The position numbers and the translations under genes are program-made. Positions 11,051-24,250 of a stretch of DNA of 64,000 nt are shown piece after piece. Under the pieces are notes generated by a model. The model saw nothing but the letters and a program-made list of their open reading frames with translations, had not been told where the DNA came from and searched no databases. The DNA is from Gekko japonicus (Eukaryota). Each line of letters begins with the position of its first letter. The first letter of the stretch is position 1. Location of the stretch: contig NW_015171513.1 of the NCBI RefSeq assembly GCF_001447785.1, forward strand, positions 507,853 through 571,852, written 5' to 3'.

Positions 11051-12132
11051 GTGTTGGTCTGAAGCAACAGAATGAAGTTTGAGTCCAGTGGCACCTTTAA
11101 GACTAACAACGTTTAATTCTGAGTATAAGATTTTATGTGCATACACACTTCTTCAGATACATTGGAGCAGACTTCCTCAAGTCTTGCATATACCGGGGGG
11201 GGGGGGGGGTCGAGTGGCCCGGGAAATTAGAGTCAAGATGCATAAGTAACTAAGTGCTAAGTATAGCTAAAATTGGATTAAAGCAGTTAATAACACCTGT
11301 GAATAGCAGCAAATTAGCATACAAATAAAAGAGTTAAAAAACAGATGTGATAACTAAATTTGAGTCCAGTGGCACCTTTAAGACCAACAAAATTTAATTC
11401 TGGGTATAAGTGAGAACTGAGTGACTTAGTATGTGTAGATGCACACTTCTTCTGATAAATTAAAGCATTTCAAACTCCCAGGGCACTCAATGGGGGACTT
11501 CAAAGTAGTTGTTTTATTGCAAAGGAAAAATGGGCTGAAATGGGGGATTGCTGAATTACAAGTTATCACAACACTCAGTCAATGGAAACCCAGGGTTTAA
11601 CAGAGATAACAGGTTCTTACGTCACTACACATTGCCAAGTCACTCAGTTCTCACTTATACCCAGAATTAAATTTTGTTGGTCTTAAAGGTGCCACTGGAC
11701 TCAAACTTAGTTCTCACATCTGTTCTCTTTTATTTGTATGCTAATTTGCTACTATTCACAGGTCTTAGCAACTGCTTCAATCCAAGCTTAGCTATACTTA
11801 TCACTAAATTACTTATGCATCTTGACTCTGACTAGCTTTTCCTGGCAACTAACACCCCTACCACCACTTTTGAGGAAATCTGTTTCAGTGTATCTAAGAA
11901 GTGTGCATCTACACATGTTAATTCAGTTCTTACTTATACCCAGAATTGAACTTTGTTGGTCTTGGAGGTACTACTGAACTCAAACTCAGTTGTCACAGCT
12001 GTTTGTTAAATCTTGTATTTGTATGTTATTTTATCACTAATCCCAGGTTTTATCAACCACTTTAATCCAATCTAGCTATAATTTCCCAGTTACTTAAGTA
12101 TCTTGACTCTATCTAGCCCTTCCTGGGCTACC

Positions 12133-12238
12133 TCTGTTGTGGGGAGGGGAAGAGAAAGGAGTTTGTAAGCTGCTCTGAGACACCTTTGGGTGGTGAAGGG
12201 CTGAGTATAAATCCAATCTCTCCTCTTTTTCTTCTTCT
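12133..12238 (+). mobile_element. Squam3-type SINE 3' half
   Basis: Matches the 3' half of 4823-5103. Confidence 0.8.
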
Positions 12239-14770
12239 AAGCCCCTCAACTATATGCAATGGTTGATGGAGTTTTGTTTCAATGACTCTGTAAGTGTGCA
12301 TGCACACAAAACCTTATGCCGAGAAATAAACTTTGTGAGTCTTAAAGGTTTCTTTGAATGAATGAATATTCATTTGAATGAATTTGAATTAATTCTTTGA
12401 ATGAATATTAATATTAAATTATTAAAATTAATATTAAATATTAAAACCATAATTTATTAAGCACATACAAATAATAATATGCTTATGTGGTTGTGAGAAC
12501 ATGTAATTAAAACATGTTAATTCTATATATATTATGTGGGATCATAATATGATCCTAATTCCTCATATTCTCCTGGTGAATTTCTGCATAGAATTTACGT
12601 ATGCATCAGTTATAGAGTTTATACTGGAAACTGCATATGCAATCCAACTACTCCCACTACCTGTATTCATGTCACATGTGTATGGTGTTTTATAATGCTG
12701 AGTGGCTGTTCTGTGGCAGATCAGTATTTCAGAAGATATATAGTGTATTTTGTGTGGCAAGCTCATATTTAATGAGCCCATGCATGTCTACAGACCTTTG
12801 GTGCACATATTGATATTAATGGGTTTGAGTTGGAATTATTGTAGAAAACAAAGGGAATTTTTCATTATGGTTATTTAGATTACGGCCTACTTGCTAGATG
12901 GTGCTATCTCAGTTGCTTTTATATTATAATGGAATATTCTGGTTTCTCAAAGGGAAGAGGTTCCTTTCAATACCTTACAAAATTTATTATTATTTTGCTA
13001 GGAGAGTTTGATAAAACCCACATTTTTCTTTGTGCCTTTCTGATCTAAATGTAAATCCTTTAGCAATATTGATGTTACAGAGTGGATTTTTGTTGTTGTT
13101 ATTATAGTTCCCATCCAGGTATATTTTCTATATTGATGCACAGCTTAGAAAATAAGTATTCAACATTTTCTCTCTGTTTGAAAACAATTTAGCCTTTTTT
13201 CCCTTCAGAGAATGTTATTCTGGATCCTTGTATTTTCTTAACATATGGAAATTTAATAAACATAGCAGATGCAGTCTTCAGAGAAATTATATTTTAGTGC
13301 TTCAAATAAAGTTTAAAGGGCTATATGAATTTGAAAACACTTTCAAGCTTGCACATGAGGGAAGAAATATACCATACATTTGCTTGCCCTAAGCAAGGAA
13401 GACAGAAGGTAAGTAAGCAATTAATGTCTTTGTGGCAAAACATTTAAACTTAATGCCAACTGTGACAAGTATTGAAATACATATTGGTAAATGTGAGTAT
13501 GGTATAGCCCCTAGTAAAGCCATTATTGTAAATGGTATACTGATCTTTTAACAGCCATGCTGGTAGTTAGTTTTGTAAAATTATGTATGGAAAATAGTAA
13601 CATACCTGAATTAAGGTTTCCTGTCAAATGGGAAGAAACAGTAGTTTTCACTATCTTCTTTATAAAGATTTTGAGAAGCAGCTGCCACTAGTGAAATACT
13701 GAAGTCTCTCATTAAGTCACAATGATCCTGCTACATTCGAGACCTCATAACTAGTTACTTCAGTACAGAAATGAATGCAGATTTTTTTTTCTGATCAGGC
13801 ACACCAACGGCAGGTGCACACATTACATTTCAATAGGTATGCAGATGAGAGACATTCTGATATTTATATATCAAGAAAATCATACATTTCAAACTTGTAA
13901 AACAGAGAGGTTACCTATATACCATTGCAAGCACACACAATACATGTAACCATATAGTACTCAGAATACTCCCCCCCCAGATGTGCAGCTGGTGACTGCA
14001 CCTTCTTCAAAGCGGAATCCTGATCTGAATCCCTTTCACCCAAACCAAAACTATCACTGTTTCTAAACACTCCTCTGAATTCATTGTGATTGCATTGTTC
14101 TCTTGTTGGAATTATCAATGGCTGTATTGTGCTGCTGTCTCTTTTTTCTTGCTATTTTCAGTGGGGGGGGAGAGAGAGGGGGGGTTAAGGATGGTAATTG
14201 TATAGGCTGAGAAGCCAACACTATCTGTTCAGGAAGCTCAAGTGATGCTCCTGATATCCTAAATACTCAGAGAATCCTCCTCTGTTTTGCATCTTTTTAT
14301 GATGACTGGAACACAGAATAAAAGTAATACTCCTAGCAGGAGTAGCAGAGGTAGGTGAAAGGGAGATCCTTTCCAGTTATGCACACACAATTTTTTAAAA
14401 GTCATCCAGAAGTCTAAGTGATGAAAAGAAACTTTTAAAGGATGAGAAACAAAGCCAAGTTTTATTAATTTAACATGTGTTGCATTTTTAAGTGATCAGA
14501 GAAGTTGCCTGTTTGCTAGATAAAATAATTAAGTCAGAATGGTTCTTTAAATCAAAGAACAATGCTAACCAGCACTTTGTAAAAGCCAATATATTTTTAC
14601 AACTGAATTTCTTTGAAAACGAAGAATTTTAAATAGGATGTTCTGTTTACATTTGCAATGTAGAATACAGGGTGGATTTGATTTAAATCAAATTGGTTTA
14701 TATTGTGATTTGAATCACAATTTAAATTACTCATCAGTAAAACTCCATTTAAATCATGGTTTTCTACATA

Positions 14771-15238
14771 AAGGCAGAAACAAAAAGGGAAAAAAACTGA
14801 ACCTTACAAGAAACTCCAGAACCAAACAAAGGTTAGTGAAAAGGAGGGCCAATATTAAAACCTTTCCATAAAAAATAAAAAGAGGTACATGTATTTATTA
14901 ATAATCACAAATTTTAAAACATATATAGAGGCCCATTTACAACCAATATATATAAAATATACAAAATATACAAATATTAAGGGCTGACAAAGTTGACCTT
15001 ACGCGTTTCGGCTAAATAGGCCTTCCTCAGAGGTCATACATATGTAGCAAGATGGTTAATAATTATATTCATATAAACACAATCAGACATATATACGAAG
15101 TGTAGATTCAATCAGGACCATTAAGTAAATTGTTCAAAAGTAAAATCACCAGGCACAGGATAAATATGCACATAAGACCTTTAAAGTGCAATCACTAGCC
15201 CAGTGATTATAAAATAAACTTGTGGTTCAAAAATTTCC
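14771..15238 (-). mobile_element. AT-rich PLE-like terminal repeat insertion
   Basis: Contains a hammerhead followed by AATAAA on the minus strand; possible TSD ttctacata/ttctatata. Confidence 0.55.
14994..15036 (-). ncRNA. Intact minimal type-I hammerhead ribozyme
   Basis: Minus strand reads TGACCT-CTGAGGA-A-GGC(CTATTTA)GCC-GAAA-CGCG-TA-AGGTCA: 6-bp stem I, palindromic stem III ACGCGT, GUA cleavage triplet. Confidence 0.85.
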
Positions 15239-16139
15239 TTCTATATATTATTTTAAGTTTAAGTTTATTTTAATTGTACATATTAATTAGAATCCTTAGC
15301 TACAGCATAGTGGGTTATCCCATTAAGCTACTAATAAATCAGTCAGAGAGTCAGGTGAATACTAGCTCTCAAAGCCCAGTGCCTCCCCAGATCCCAACAT
15401 GGTGAAACAAGGTGCCAAATAAAAGAGTCAGAAGCAGCTGATAAAGTTTAGCAGTAGCAGTCCTCCCCACAGTCTTCTGGCCAATAATGCTTATGGCCCT
15501 AAGGCTTGCAAGCACACTGTCGGTGTAAACTACCACTACACCAGCAAAATGGAGCATGGACCAAACGGCCTGCCAGCACTCATACGGCAAACTTCTGCTA
15601 TCTGCCAGTGACGTGCTCTGCTCTACCTGCACTACAAAGTTCCTGAGATGCTTGTCGCTCAGATGACGTTATACTCCAGTCAGACCCAACTCCACTGGCA
15701 CACACCCAAGCTAGATTGGCTGAACCCTATGGGCAAATCTATTTACTATTTTCTTTACAGTGAACAAACCTGTGTCCAGGTTTGTGTGTGGGGTGACATT
15801 ATGTACTACTAAACTACTCTTCAAACTCCTATACTGTGCAAATGCTGAATGCACCAACCACAGCACACTCAAACACAGTATTTTAAGGCAATGCCATTTA
15901 AAGCACATTACAATAGTTTAACCCAGATGTTTTCAGACCATGGGTCACTGTAGCTAGATCATGTTTTTCAAGGAACAGAAATAGCTATCAGTTGGAGATT
16001 ATAAAAGACTTTAGATGTCAACAAGCCTTAAAAGTGAAGTTTTTATATGCAATAATATAAAAAGGGAATATGAATACTTAGTAACGGACCTGAAGACACA
16101 AGTTTTGAATAAACCACCCTGCGAGCATATCTGATACCA

Positions 16140-16440
16140 TGTATTTAGTAGGATATTAGGTGCTTAATGTGCACTGAGACTTGATAGCTGAAACAGATTG
16201 CTGTGTGTATGGATAGATGGATAGATATGTTATGCATTGGACTGTTTGAGCCACCTTGGGGGGCATATACCTCAGGGGACAGAGCTATGAGTCTCTCCCA
16301 TGTGCAGGAAAGCTGGGTTAGTCAGTTAGTCCCAGTTAGTTAAGAGTTGGTTCCAGATGTTGTCTCCGATACTGGTGACTATTCAATAAATGGTTGTTTG
16401 TTGAACTATTGCAGCTGCCTGTCAGTCTCAATACTTAATA
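16140..16440 (+). mobile_element. Possible solo LTR
   Basis: Starts tgtatt, has an internal AATAAA near 16385, ends aatacttaata. Confidence 0.35.
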
Positions 16441-16482
16441 GATAGATATAGATATCTAGATATAAAATTAACAGAGAAAGGG

Positions 16483-16749
16483 GAAGAAGAAGAGATTGGA
16501 TTTACACCCCACCCTTCACTCGGAGTCTCAGAGCAGCTTACCAACTCCTTCCCCTCCCCACAACAGATACCCTGTGAGGTAGGTGGGACTGAGAAAGCTC
16601 TTTCCAGAACTGTCGTTGAGAGAACAGCTCTGACAGAATTATGGCTTGCCCAAGATCATCCAGCAGCTGCACGTGGAGGAGTGAGGAATCAAATTTGGTT
16701 CTCCCAGATTAGAGTCCGTGCACTTAAGCACTACACCAAACTGGCTCTC
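16483..16749 (-). mobile_element. Squam3-type SINE
   Basis: Reverse complement of the 4823-5103 family. Confidence 0.9.
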
Positions 16750-19204
16750 ACACTGGAAGTGTGAGACAATGAACAAGTCATAATTTAAGTAGAAGAATTT
16801 GACAAAAATTATAAGAATGTTTTTGCAAATTGTTTGCTGTCAGTTTTTCTGTAGCATGGATCGTTATAGATCATTGCTTAATGGTATTTGGTTGACAGTT
16901 TTGATAGAATTAAATATCAGGAAGTAATTGGTGTATAGTTTCAACTGAAAAAAAATCTTAAAATTACACAGACTGAACATTTTGGGGATTTCCTGTTCAT
17001 CAACTGACTAAGTTCCCTTAGCTTTCTTCAAGACTCATTCAGAACTTCAGTGTGTTTACATTTTTCAACTAAGTGAACATAGATGATTGTCCATTCACAT
17101 TCTGCATACTTCCACACAATAAATTGCTGGATTTTGAAGGTCTTTAAACTAACATAGTACCCAGTTTCTTTCAGTTGTCATTTACTACTTACAGCTGTGC
17201 TGTAATATAGAAACTATCAGGTAACATTTTATAATTTCTGCATGTTGAGTTTGTTCTGTTTTTTACAAACATATAACATTTAGACCCGTTAAGAGAGCAG
17301 GTTTTAAATCCATTTTAAATTTCGAGGAAAGGAAGCCATAAAATACTTTATAAAAGAATTACAAAATATACAGTGATCAAGATGTATTTATAGTATAGTT
17401 GCAATAGAAATTAATGATAGATCAGTTTGTTTGTTATAGTAAAAAGCTGTGGTTATGTTTATTCATACGGTAATGAAAAGGTTTTTGGTCATGAGTGACC
17501 AATAATGACCTCATTTGTCAGGGTTCTCATGTGTACTCACTAGCCTTGATACTGGATTAAATTAAAATAACTAAAATAAAATGAAAAGGTTATCTATGTG
17601 ACGGTTTTTGAACTCTTTCTACTTACTGCTGTCCCCAAAAATCCATTTAAAATTCACAGCAGCAAAAATGACAGACCAGGAGTAAAGAAAGGGATGCCAC
17701 CCTTTCTATCATAGTGGCATGCTTACATAAATAATTTGGATTCTTTTTGTTTATCAACTGTTTTGCTTCTTGTGTATTTTACAACTCTTGATTTAGTTTG
17801 CTTAGTGGACAGGCCTGCATATATTGTGCCTATTACTAAATTTAAAGCTCTTTTTAAATAAGGAAAAGACAGCAGTTAATACCAGGATATTAATTGTGCC
17901 TGTGCAATCTTAATTGAATTTAGATTGCCAGTTGTATACATTTATGGGTAATGAAATAATGTTTATGTAGATCACCTTTTCAGCCTTACCTACACCACAT
18001 TAAAACACTTAATCTTAAGCATAAATGTTCCATAGGTTTGTATGAGATTCTTGGATAACGTTGAGATTGGTTACAGATTGATAGAAAAACATTAAAATGT
18101 TGAAGGCCTGCTAAAAGTGGGATTTAATTTGCTAGGTCCTTACGCCAAAATAAAATACTTTAGTGAGTTGTAGCAAGACTTTTAATGTCATTACTGTGCG
18201 GACTAAGCTGTACGTTTTTTGTGTTGTTCTTAATACCAAACATTAGGGAATTAATTATAGCCATAATAATAGATGTCTTGTTCAAGTCTCTTTGGCTGAT
18301 CTAGCATGGGTTTTTTTGAACTTATTCATGCTTTACATAAAGTATATTTGCTATTTTCGTAACCTTACTTTTAAAATCTTTGTTTGATATCACTTTCTGT
18401 TCACATACTAAAGTTCTCAAACAGTATGAGAATCTGGGAAAGATGTAGGTCATAGTTATATTTCTGCATGGCATGTTTGGAAGTACTGCCATACTACTTA
18501 AGTTGTAATTATATGGGAAAAATCTGGACATTGTTATCATAAAACTCTTTTCACTATATTCTATTTATCTGGCATCACTGGATTGGAAACTTTAACCCTT
18601 TTCTAACTGCACGGTTTTTACAGACTCTAACATGTTTTGAATATGTTCGTGTTGTACTATTTTTATGCACAGTTAAGACTAATGGATTTAGAACAAACAG
18701 CAGTGTGACTTATAGCACATTTAGTTCACAACTAGTAAATGCTATTATGCTTTGCCCTACTATAGTGATCATTGAATTTTTTCTGAAATGACTCTGAGTT
18801 TCCCTGCAAGGAGAAGGAAGTTGTTACTGTTAGATTAGTGGGTACTGGTTCGTTACCTGGAGCCCGTGACAAACGGAGTGACCAACAAAGTCAAACTTTG
18901 TTCTTATGCTTCAGACCAACACAACCCATCTGAGTGATGAATGTATTCATCAACCTGCACCCCTTTGTCATTGGAATAGGCTATCAAAACATGAGTATAT
19001 ATGTTCAGGCTATATGATTTTTAATTAGGAGAGTAACATGAACATCAGTAGGGTATTAAATTAACGAAAGCTGATTTCCAATGTGACAGAATTCAAATGT
19101 AACCCTCAGCTATACTACTGATTATTTTAAACCTCTGACCTATTGATAACAAGTAATAATGTTACATATTTTTATTGCAGTAGATTTCCCTGTAAAACAG
19201 AGTT

Positions 19205-19385
19205 TGGTTGCCAGGACCCCCCTGGCAAACGGTGGTTGGTGGGAAGGGTTGCCAGCTCCAGGTTGGGAAACTCCTGGAGATTTGGTGGTGGAGCCTGGGG
19301 AAAATAGGGACCGCAGTGGGATACAATGCCATAGAGTCCACCCTCCTAAGCATCCATTTTCTCCGGATCTCTGCCATCTGGAGAT
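19205..19385 (+). mobile_element. Non-autonomous DNA-transposon-like repeat (agggttgccag family)
   Basis: The same sequence recurs at about 23978-24250, 31445-31475, 32765-32935, 48575-48740 and 61845-62345. Confidence 0.7.
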
Positions 19386-21669
19386 AAGGTCCGTGTCTGT
19401 TTTAGACCATATGGCCGGACCCACATGGCCGTGGCCATCTCTGCTCAATACATTACAGTGTGAATAATGTATTCACCTCACATGGAACTGTGTGTTGGTA
19501 CATCTGAAATTGTGTATGCAGTTGTTGTTGTTTTTTTTGTCTGGAAAAATAACTATACACACTCACACAATGATACCCGATTAATATTCTGAGCTCTTGG
19601 TAAGTCAAAAATTTAAAAAAAGGTTTTTAAAATTAATCTTTTAAATGACTTCAGAATTCTTGTTCTTAAATGGGTATATATATGTGTGTGTGTATATATA
19701 TGCTTGCTTGTTTTATATTTGTTCAGCCTGTTTTAGAAACTCAGTTGGATAGTTCAGTATATAGCATGTAGGTATCTGCATATTATCAGGACAATAATTA
19801 AATTATCTTATAATGCTGAAGTCAAGCTTGGTTAATAATACCTTACTTTTAGCATACTAGATCAGAAAGATCACCCCTATTCTCCAGCTAAACCTTTTCC
19901 TGTTTTTGGGGTGGTGGTGGTTCTGGTAATGGAAAAGCTCTCCGTGGTCTATTGACATCATGTGCATAATACCTTAAAAGGGGGGGGGGGATTTTAAATA
20001 GATAGGCACTGTTTGCTTTTTTAAAAACTACCTTCCTGTGGTTTTCCAAAAGCATTCCGAAGAGGTTACTTATACTGCTTTGAAATGGTGAGTTATGGGA
20101 AGGCCATAGCTTGAGACTAGCAGCTGGGACAGCAACAGAGATGAAAGTTATTTAGTTCTGTGATTCAAGGGGAAACACAGCTGCTACAGCTGGCCTTCTC
20201 AGATCTCAACACTTACGACAATGATCGAGAAAGCGATAATGTGTTCTGTCTCAGTTTGAAAAATGTATTCATAAAAATAGTCTCTAAAAAGGACAAAAAA
20301 TCCCAACAACTATGATTCACACTCCATACTGGGATGTTAGCTACTGAAGCCTGGGATAGGTTTACCAAAAGGAGGATCTGATATGTTCTGTGTTATCTGT
20401 GCTGAAACATGTGCTTAAAAAACAAGTTTACAAGTTATGCTTTTAAGACTTTGCAAATAAAGTGTTTTTAAAAAAGTTGTTTATAGGATATCTTTTTAAA
20501 ACTTTACAAATAATGACTTCTCTTATAAATCAGTTGAATCAATCCATTTTTTCCAGGGAAATGAGCAGGTATCAACAGCAGGTATTTTCTGGAGACAGTG
20601 TACTTTGGGGCATCGGAGATCAAAACTGATGCTCATGGGAGTAGCTAGTTTCACTGGATCATTCTCATACCTCCTACTTTGCTTTGATGCAAGCAACAGG
20701 CAATGTTCTTTCTAATGCGCCTCCCCTGAGTAGAACAGTTCACATCCTGAGCAGAATATAACTGCAAGATCCTGTGTGACTCCAGATTGCTGCTGAGCAG
20801 GGTTTCCTGTGTTAATGAGCAGCCTCTCATACACACAGTGTACAGGGAACACTGGCAACAGGTTAAATATTCCTGGATTAGCCACATGCTTTGATTTACC
20901 CATTGCTAAATTTGGTGTCCAAAAATAAAAACAATTAAAACACACATTAAAAATGAATAAAACAAAATTAATCACAACAAAATGAATCACGTTTAAGCAT
21001 GCTTAGAATGCTCTTAAAGTACCCAGTTACATCAGTAAACTTTGGATAAGGCTTGTATAGACATTAAATCTGAATACTTCTGTCAACTGCCTCCAGACCT
21101 GTGCAGCTGAAGGGCTGATACCTAGGTCTGTTAGGTGCCAAACTATAAATGCCCAGCTACCAATCTTCAAGCAAACCCTACATTTTAATGTGGTAACACT
21201 ATCTTAGAGTTAGCAGCAACCAGACCAAAGCAAAGGCACTGCAAATGTTTTTCGGACAGGGTCCCAGAATAAACTACAGTGAATTATGGTAGACGATCAA
21301 TCACCTTCTGCTGTCAGACACTTCTACAGCAAAGATCTCTCTTGGAAGTTGCAGGCTGGTGATACAGGGTCACAGAGCAATACCCAAAGCTCCCTATCTG
21401 CTTGTCTCAGATCTAGTCTCAGTTAAATCTAGTCTTAATTTGGCTCCTCTCTTTCCTTCAGCACACATTCAGCAGATTCAGTTGAAGCTGGGAAGACACA
21501 TCTCTGACCCAGAGAATGAGTTCCAGGGAACAAACCCGTCTTCTTGCTTCTTTATTATGCTTTTAGTACCCAAAACTAGCAATATAATAATTCCTTCCCC
21601 TTTGCTTTCTACCAAAAGTGTAACTCAGAGACTAAGAAGTGAAGCAATTCTGAATCAAAATAGACCTTA

Positions 21670-22426
21670 CAAGTGGAGACCCACAACAAAATGTTGCCTA
21701 CTGTGTTCTAGTTGGGTCTCCACTTGTTCTCTCCCCCCCGGCTCCGAGCCCCACAGCCCGGAGAGGGAGCCCGCCCCGCTCCTCAAGAGCGCCGTCCAGC
21801 CGGCCCTCCTCGTGGGAGGGGAGGCAGAGGAAGCAGCAGGAGGAGGTAAGTATCCCCCATCCCGCTGGTTCCCCTGTGTCCTCCACCTCCCCTTGCCTCC
21901 CCCCGGCTCCTCGCTGTTCCCCCCCCGGCCCGAAGTGACGGCCGAGCGGCGTGCCGCTGGGCCGTCGCTGCTGTTCCCCCCTGGCCCGAAGCTGCTGTTC
22001 CCCCCGTCTCTCTCTCTCTCTCTCTCTCTCTTCCGCTCTCTCTCTCTCCCTCTCTCCGCCCCCCACTGGCTCTGAGGCGAGGCCCGCGCGGCGTGGAGGC
22101 ACCGGGCCTCACGACTCTCTCTCTTCCCACCCCCCATGCCCCGGCTCCAAACCGAGGCCCCCCCTCCGGGCTCGCCGCTTCCCTTTCAAGCGGCGGCGGA
22201 GGCAGCCTCGGTCGCAGAGCGTTCCGTGCACATGCGCACGGAATGCTCTGGCACTTTTGGGGGGATTTAAACATCCCCCCGAAATTTTTGTCACCATTTA
22301 GGATATTTGTGCACACGTGGGGACTGCCCCACGTGTGCACAAACCTCTCCCTCCCCCCCAAGTGCTCCCGATGTCCAGATTTAAGGATCCGCACAGAGGG
22401 GGCCAGTTCACTATTAGATATATAGA
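21670..22426 (-). mobile_element. Young non-autonomous Helitron-like element (CpG-rich)
   Basis: Minus strand runs A|TCTATATATCT... to hairpin GCAACA-TTT-TGTTGT then GGGTCTCCACTTG|T, with no TSD. The same termini occur at 45870-46229 and the same 5' end at 51700-51882. Confidence 0.75.
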
Positions 22427-23977
22427 TTGAAGCTTCCTTCTACTCCCCCGTCACTTGATAAAATCCAGTTAGGTAATTATTAACCTGATTACCCCCCTCC
22501 CTTACCTGGAGTTGCCACTGACACTTTTTCACCTCAGCCATTACATTCTTTGGCTGTCTCTCACTGATGGATACCCTAAATATTAAGGATCAAAATCATT
22601 AACCAAGTACAAGATGATTAAATGAATGACAAGTTCATTATTTATTTGAGGAATCACATTATTATTGCCTGTATTATTAATGAAAGTTGTATTTTCCCAT
22701 GGCCACATATGGCAAGAAAGAGAGTTGAGGCATTCATGGAACTCTGCCGATCATACCAGATAAATGGGAATTCTGATCACACACATAGAACTCAGAACTG
22801 AATCCAAACACACTGAGAATCTACACACAAACTGGAGTATCAAGGTAAAATGAACAACCATGTTACGCATCAAGATATTAATTTATTTTCCATTTCAAGT
22901 TACATCATATATTTAAGATCTTTGTATTTAAATGAACTTCAGTATTGGTCTTCAATTCTCAATGTCTTGGTCAAAAATGAATAGTAGTTTTAGTTCTTTG
23001 ATTATATACATTTTGTACAGTCTGCCAAATGTATAAACAAAGGCAACTCTGTACAAGTAACTTCATCCGTATTTTCACCACAAAGTGTTCTACTTCAAAC
23101 AACACCTACACTTAAAAGAAGGGGGACCATAAAGGTTGAAGCCCATTTACACCCAAAATGCATAGTTCTTATTTTTATTTAAATTTCTTAAAAATGATAA
23201 ACCATGACAACTTAAGTAACAACTGTCAAGTGTCTGCAGTTCACCATGCCTTACATTCAGGTACACCCTGAATTCACGCTTTGTCCACTAACTAAGCTGG
23301 ATTTATTGGCACATGGTTTGTTTTATGAAGAAAATGGCTGGAAACAAATGATTACTAATAAACCAGTTGATGTACATTTGTTTTAACAAGAGTGTGCTGG
23401 CTGATAAACTGTTAAAGCAGTTGTCAACCTAGTAACTGTGCTGTAAGAAATTTTAATGCACTGTAGAAAAGTGATTTCCTTTATTTCACTGGTCATTCAT
23501 TATTTGTAGCCTGAAGTAAATTACAGTAGCAAACTATATCTTCATTGTTCCAGGCTTGTCTTAAAAAGAACTGTTTACCCATTTCAAAAGACAGCTGATT
23601 GTAAAAACACAAAAAACTTTATGGTTTGAATTGACATTGAGAAAATTCTTTTCAACAAATGTTTTTTAAAAAAATCTCTCTTCAACCATTAACATCATTC
23701 CATAACTATGTTCTGTGGTTAAGCTTTTGCATTGTATTCTCCCCCCCTTTAATGAAACAGAATATTTAAATTGTATGTCATTATGTTCTATCACGGAAAT
23801 CAATGTCAAGACCTTTCCAACAATATTTAACTATTTTTGGCATAAAATCGTATCTTTTAAGTTGAGGATCCCTTACTACATAAAACAAGCTTTTAGACTG
23901 CCTTTTGCCTACACACCTAAGACAAATAAAAGGTAGATACATGAAATAATGTGTTTTACTTTCAAGACTTTTCAAGC

Positions 23978-24250
23978 AGGAGTTACCAACCTCAAAGTAG
24001 AGCTTGGAGATTTCCTCAAATTACAACTTATCCCCAGTAATCAGTATACCTTAGGGGTGTCAACCTCCAGGTGGGGCCTGGAGATCCCCCGGAATTACAA
24101 CTGATCCCCAGATGAAAGAGATCAGTCTCCCTGGAGAATACAGCTGCTTTAGAGGGTGGGCTCTGTGGCATAACACCCTGCTGAGCTCCTGCCTCTTCTC
24201 AAACCCTGCCCTCTTCAAGCTCCACCCCCAAATCTTTAGGAATTTCTTCA
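23978..24250 (-). mobile_element. agggttgccag-family repeat
   Basis: Similar to 19205-19385 in reverse. Confidence 0.65.

Larger units (their letters stand above)
10538..12350. mobile_element. Cluster of PLE pLTRs in inverted/tandem arrangement with a GIY-YIG C-terminal remnant
   Basis: Minus pLTRs at 11051-11460 and plus pLTRs at 11637-12350. 11463-11635 encodes HFKLPGHSMGDFKVVVLLQR..AELQVI. Several decayed hammerheads. Confidence 0.85.
14668..16121. mobile_element. Old hAT-like DNA element
   Basis: Termini cagggtggattt / aaaccaccctg; flanks gtagaata and cgagcata match at 5 of 8 positions. Confidence 0.45.

Noticed and set aside
13298-13408. Candidate exon ending AAG|gtaagt
   Set aside because: The longest frame hits a stop, and I recognise no homology.
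21669-21727. Known microRNA precursor
   Set aside because: I recognise no mature sequence, and the hairpin coincides with a transposon terminus.
21359-22425. Several overlapping 110-238 aa ORFs and a CpG island read as a gene 5' end
   Set aside because: The translations are low-complexity products of GC-rich and (CT)n sequence, and the boundaries match a repeated Helitron-like family.
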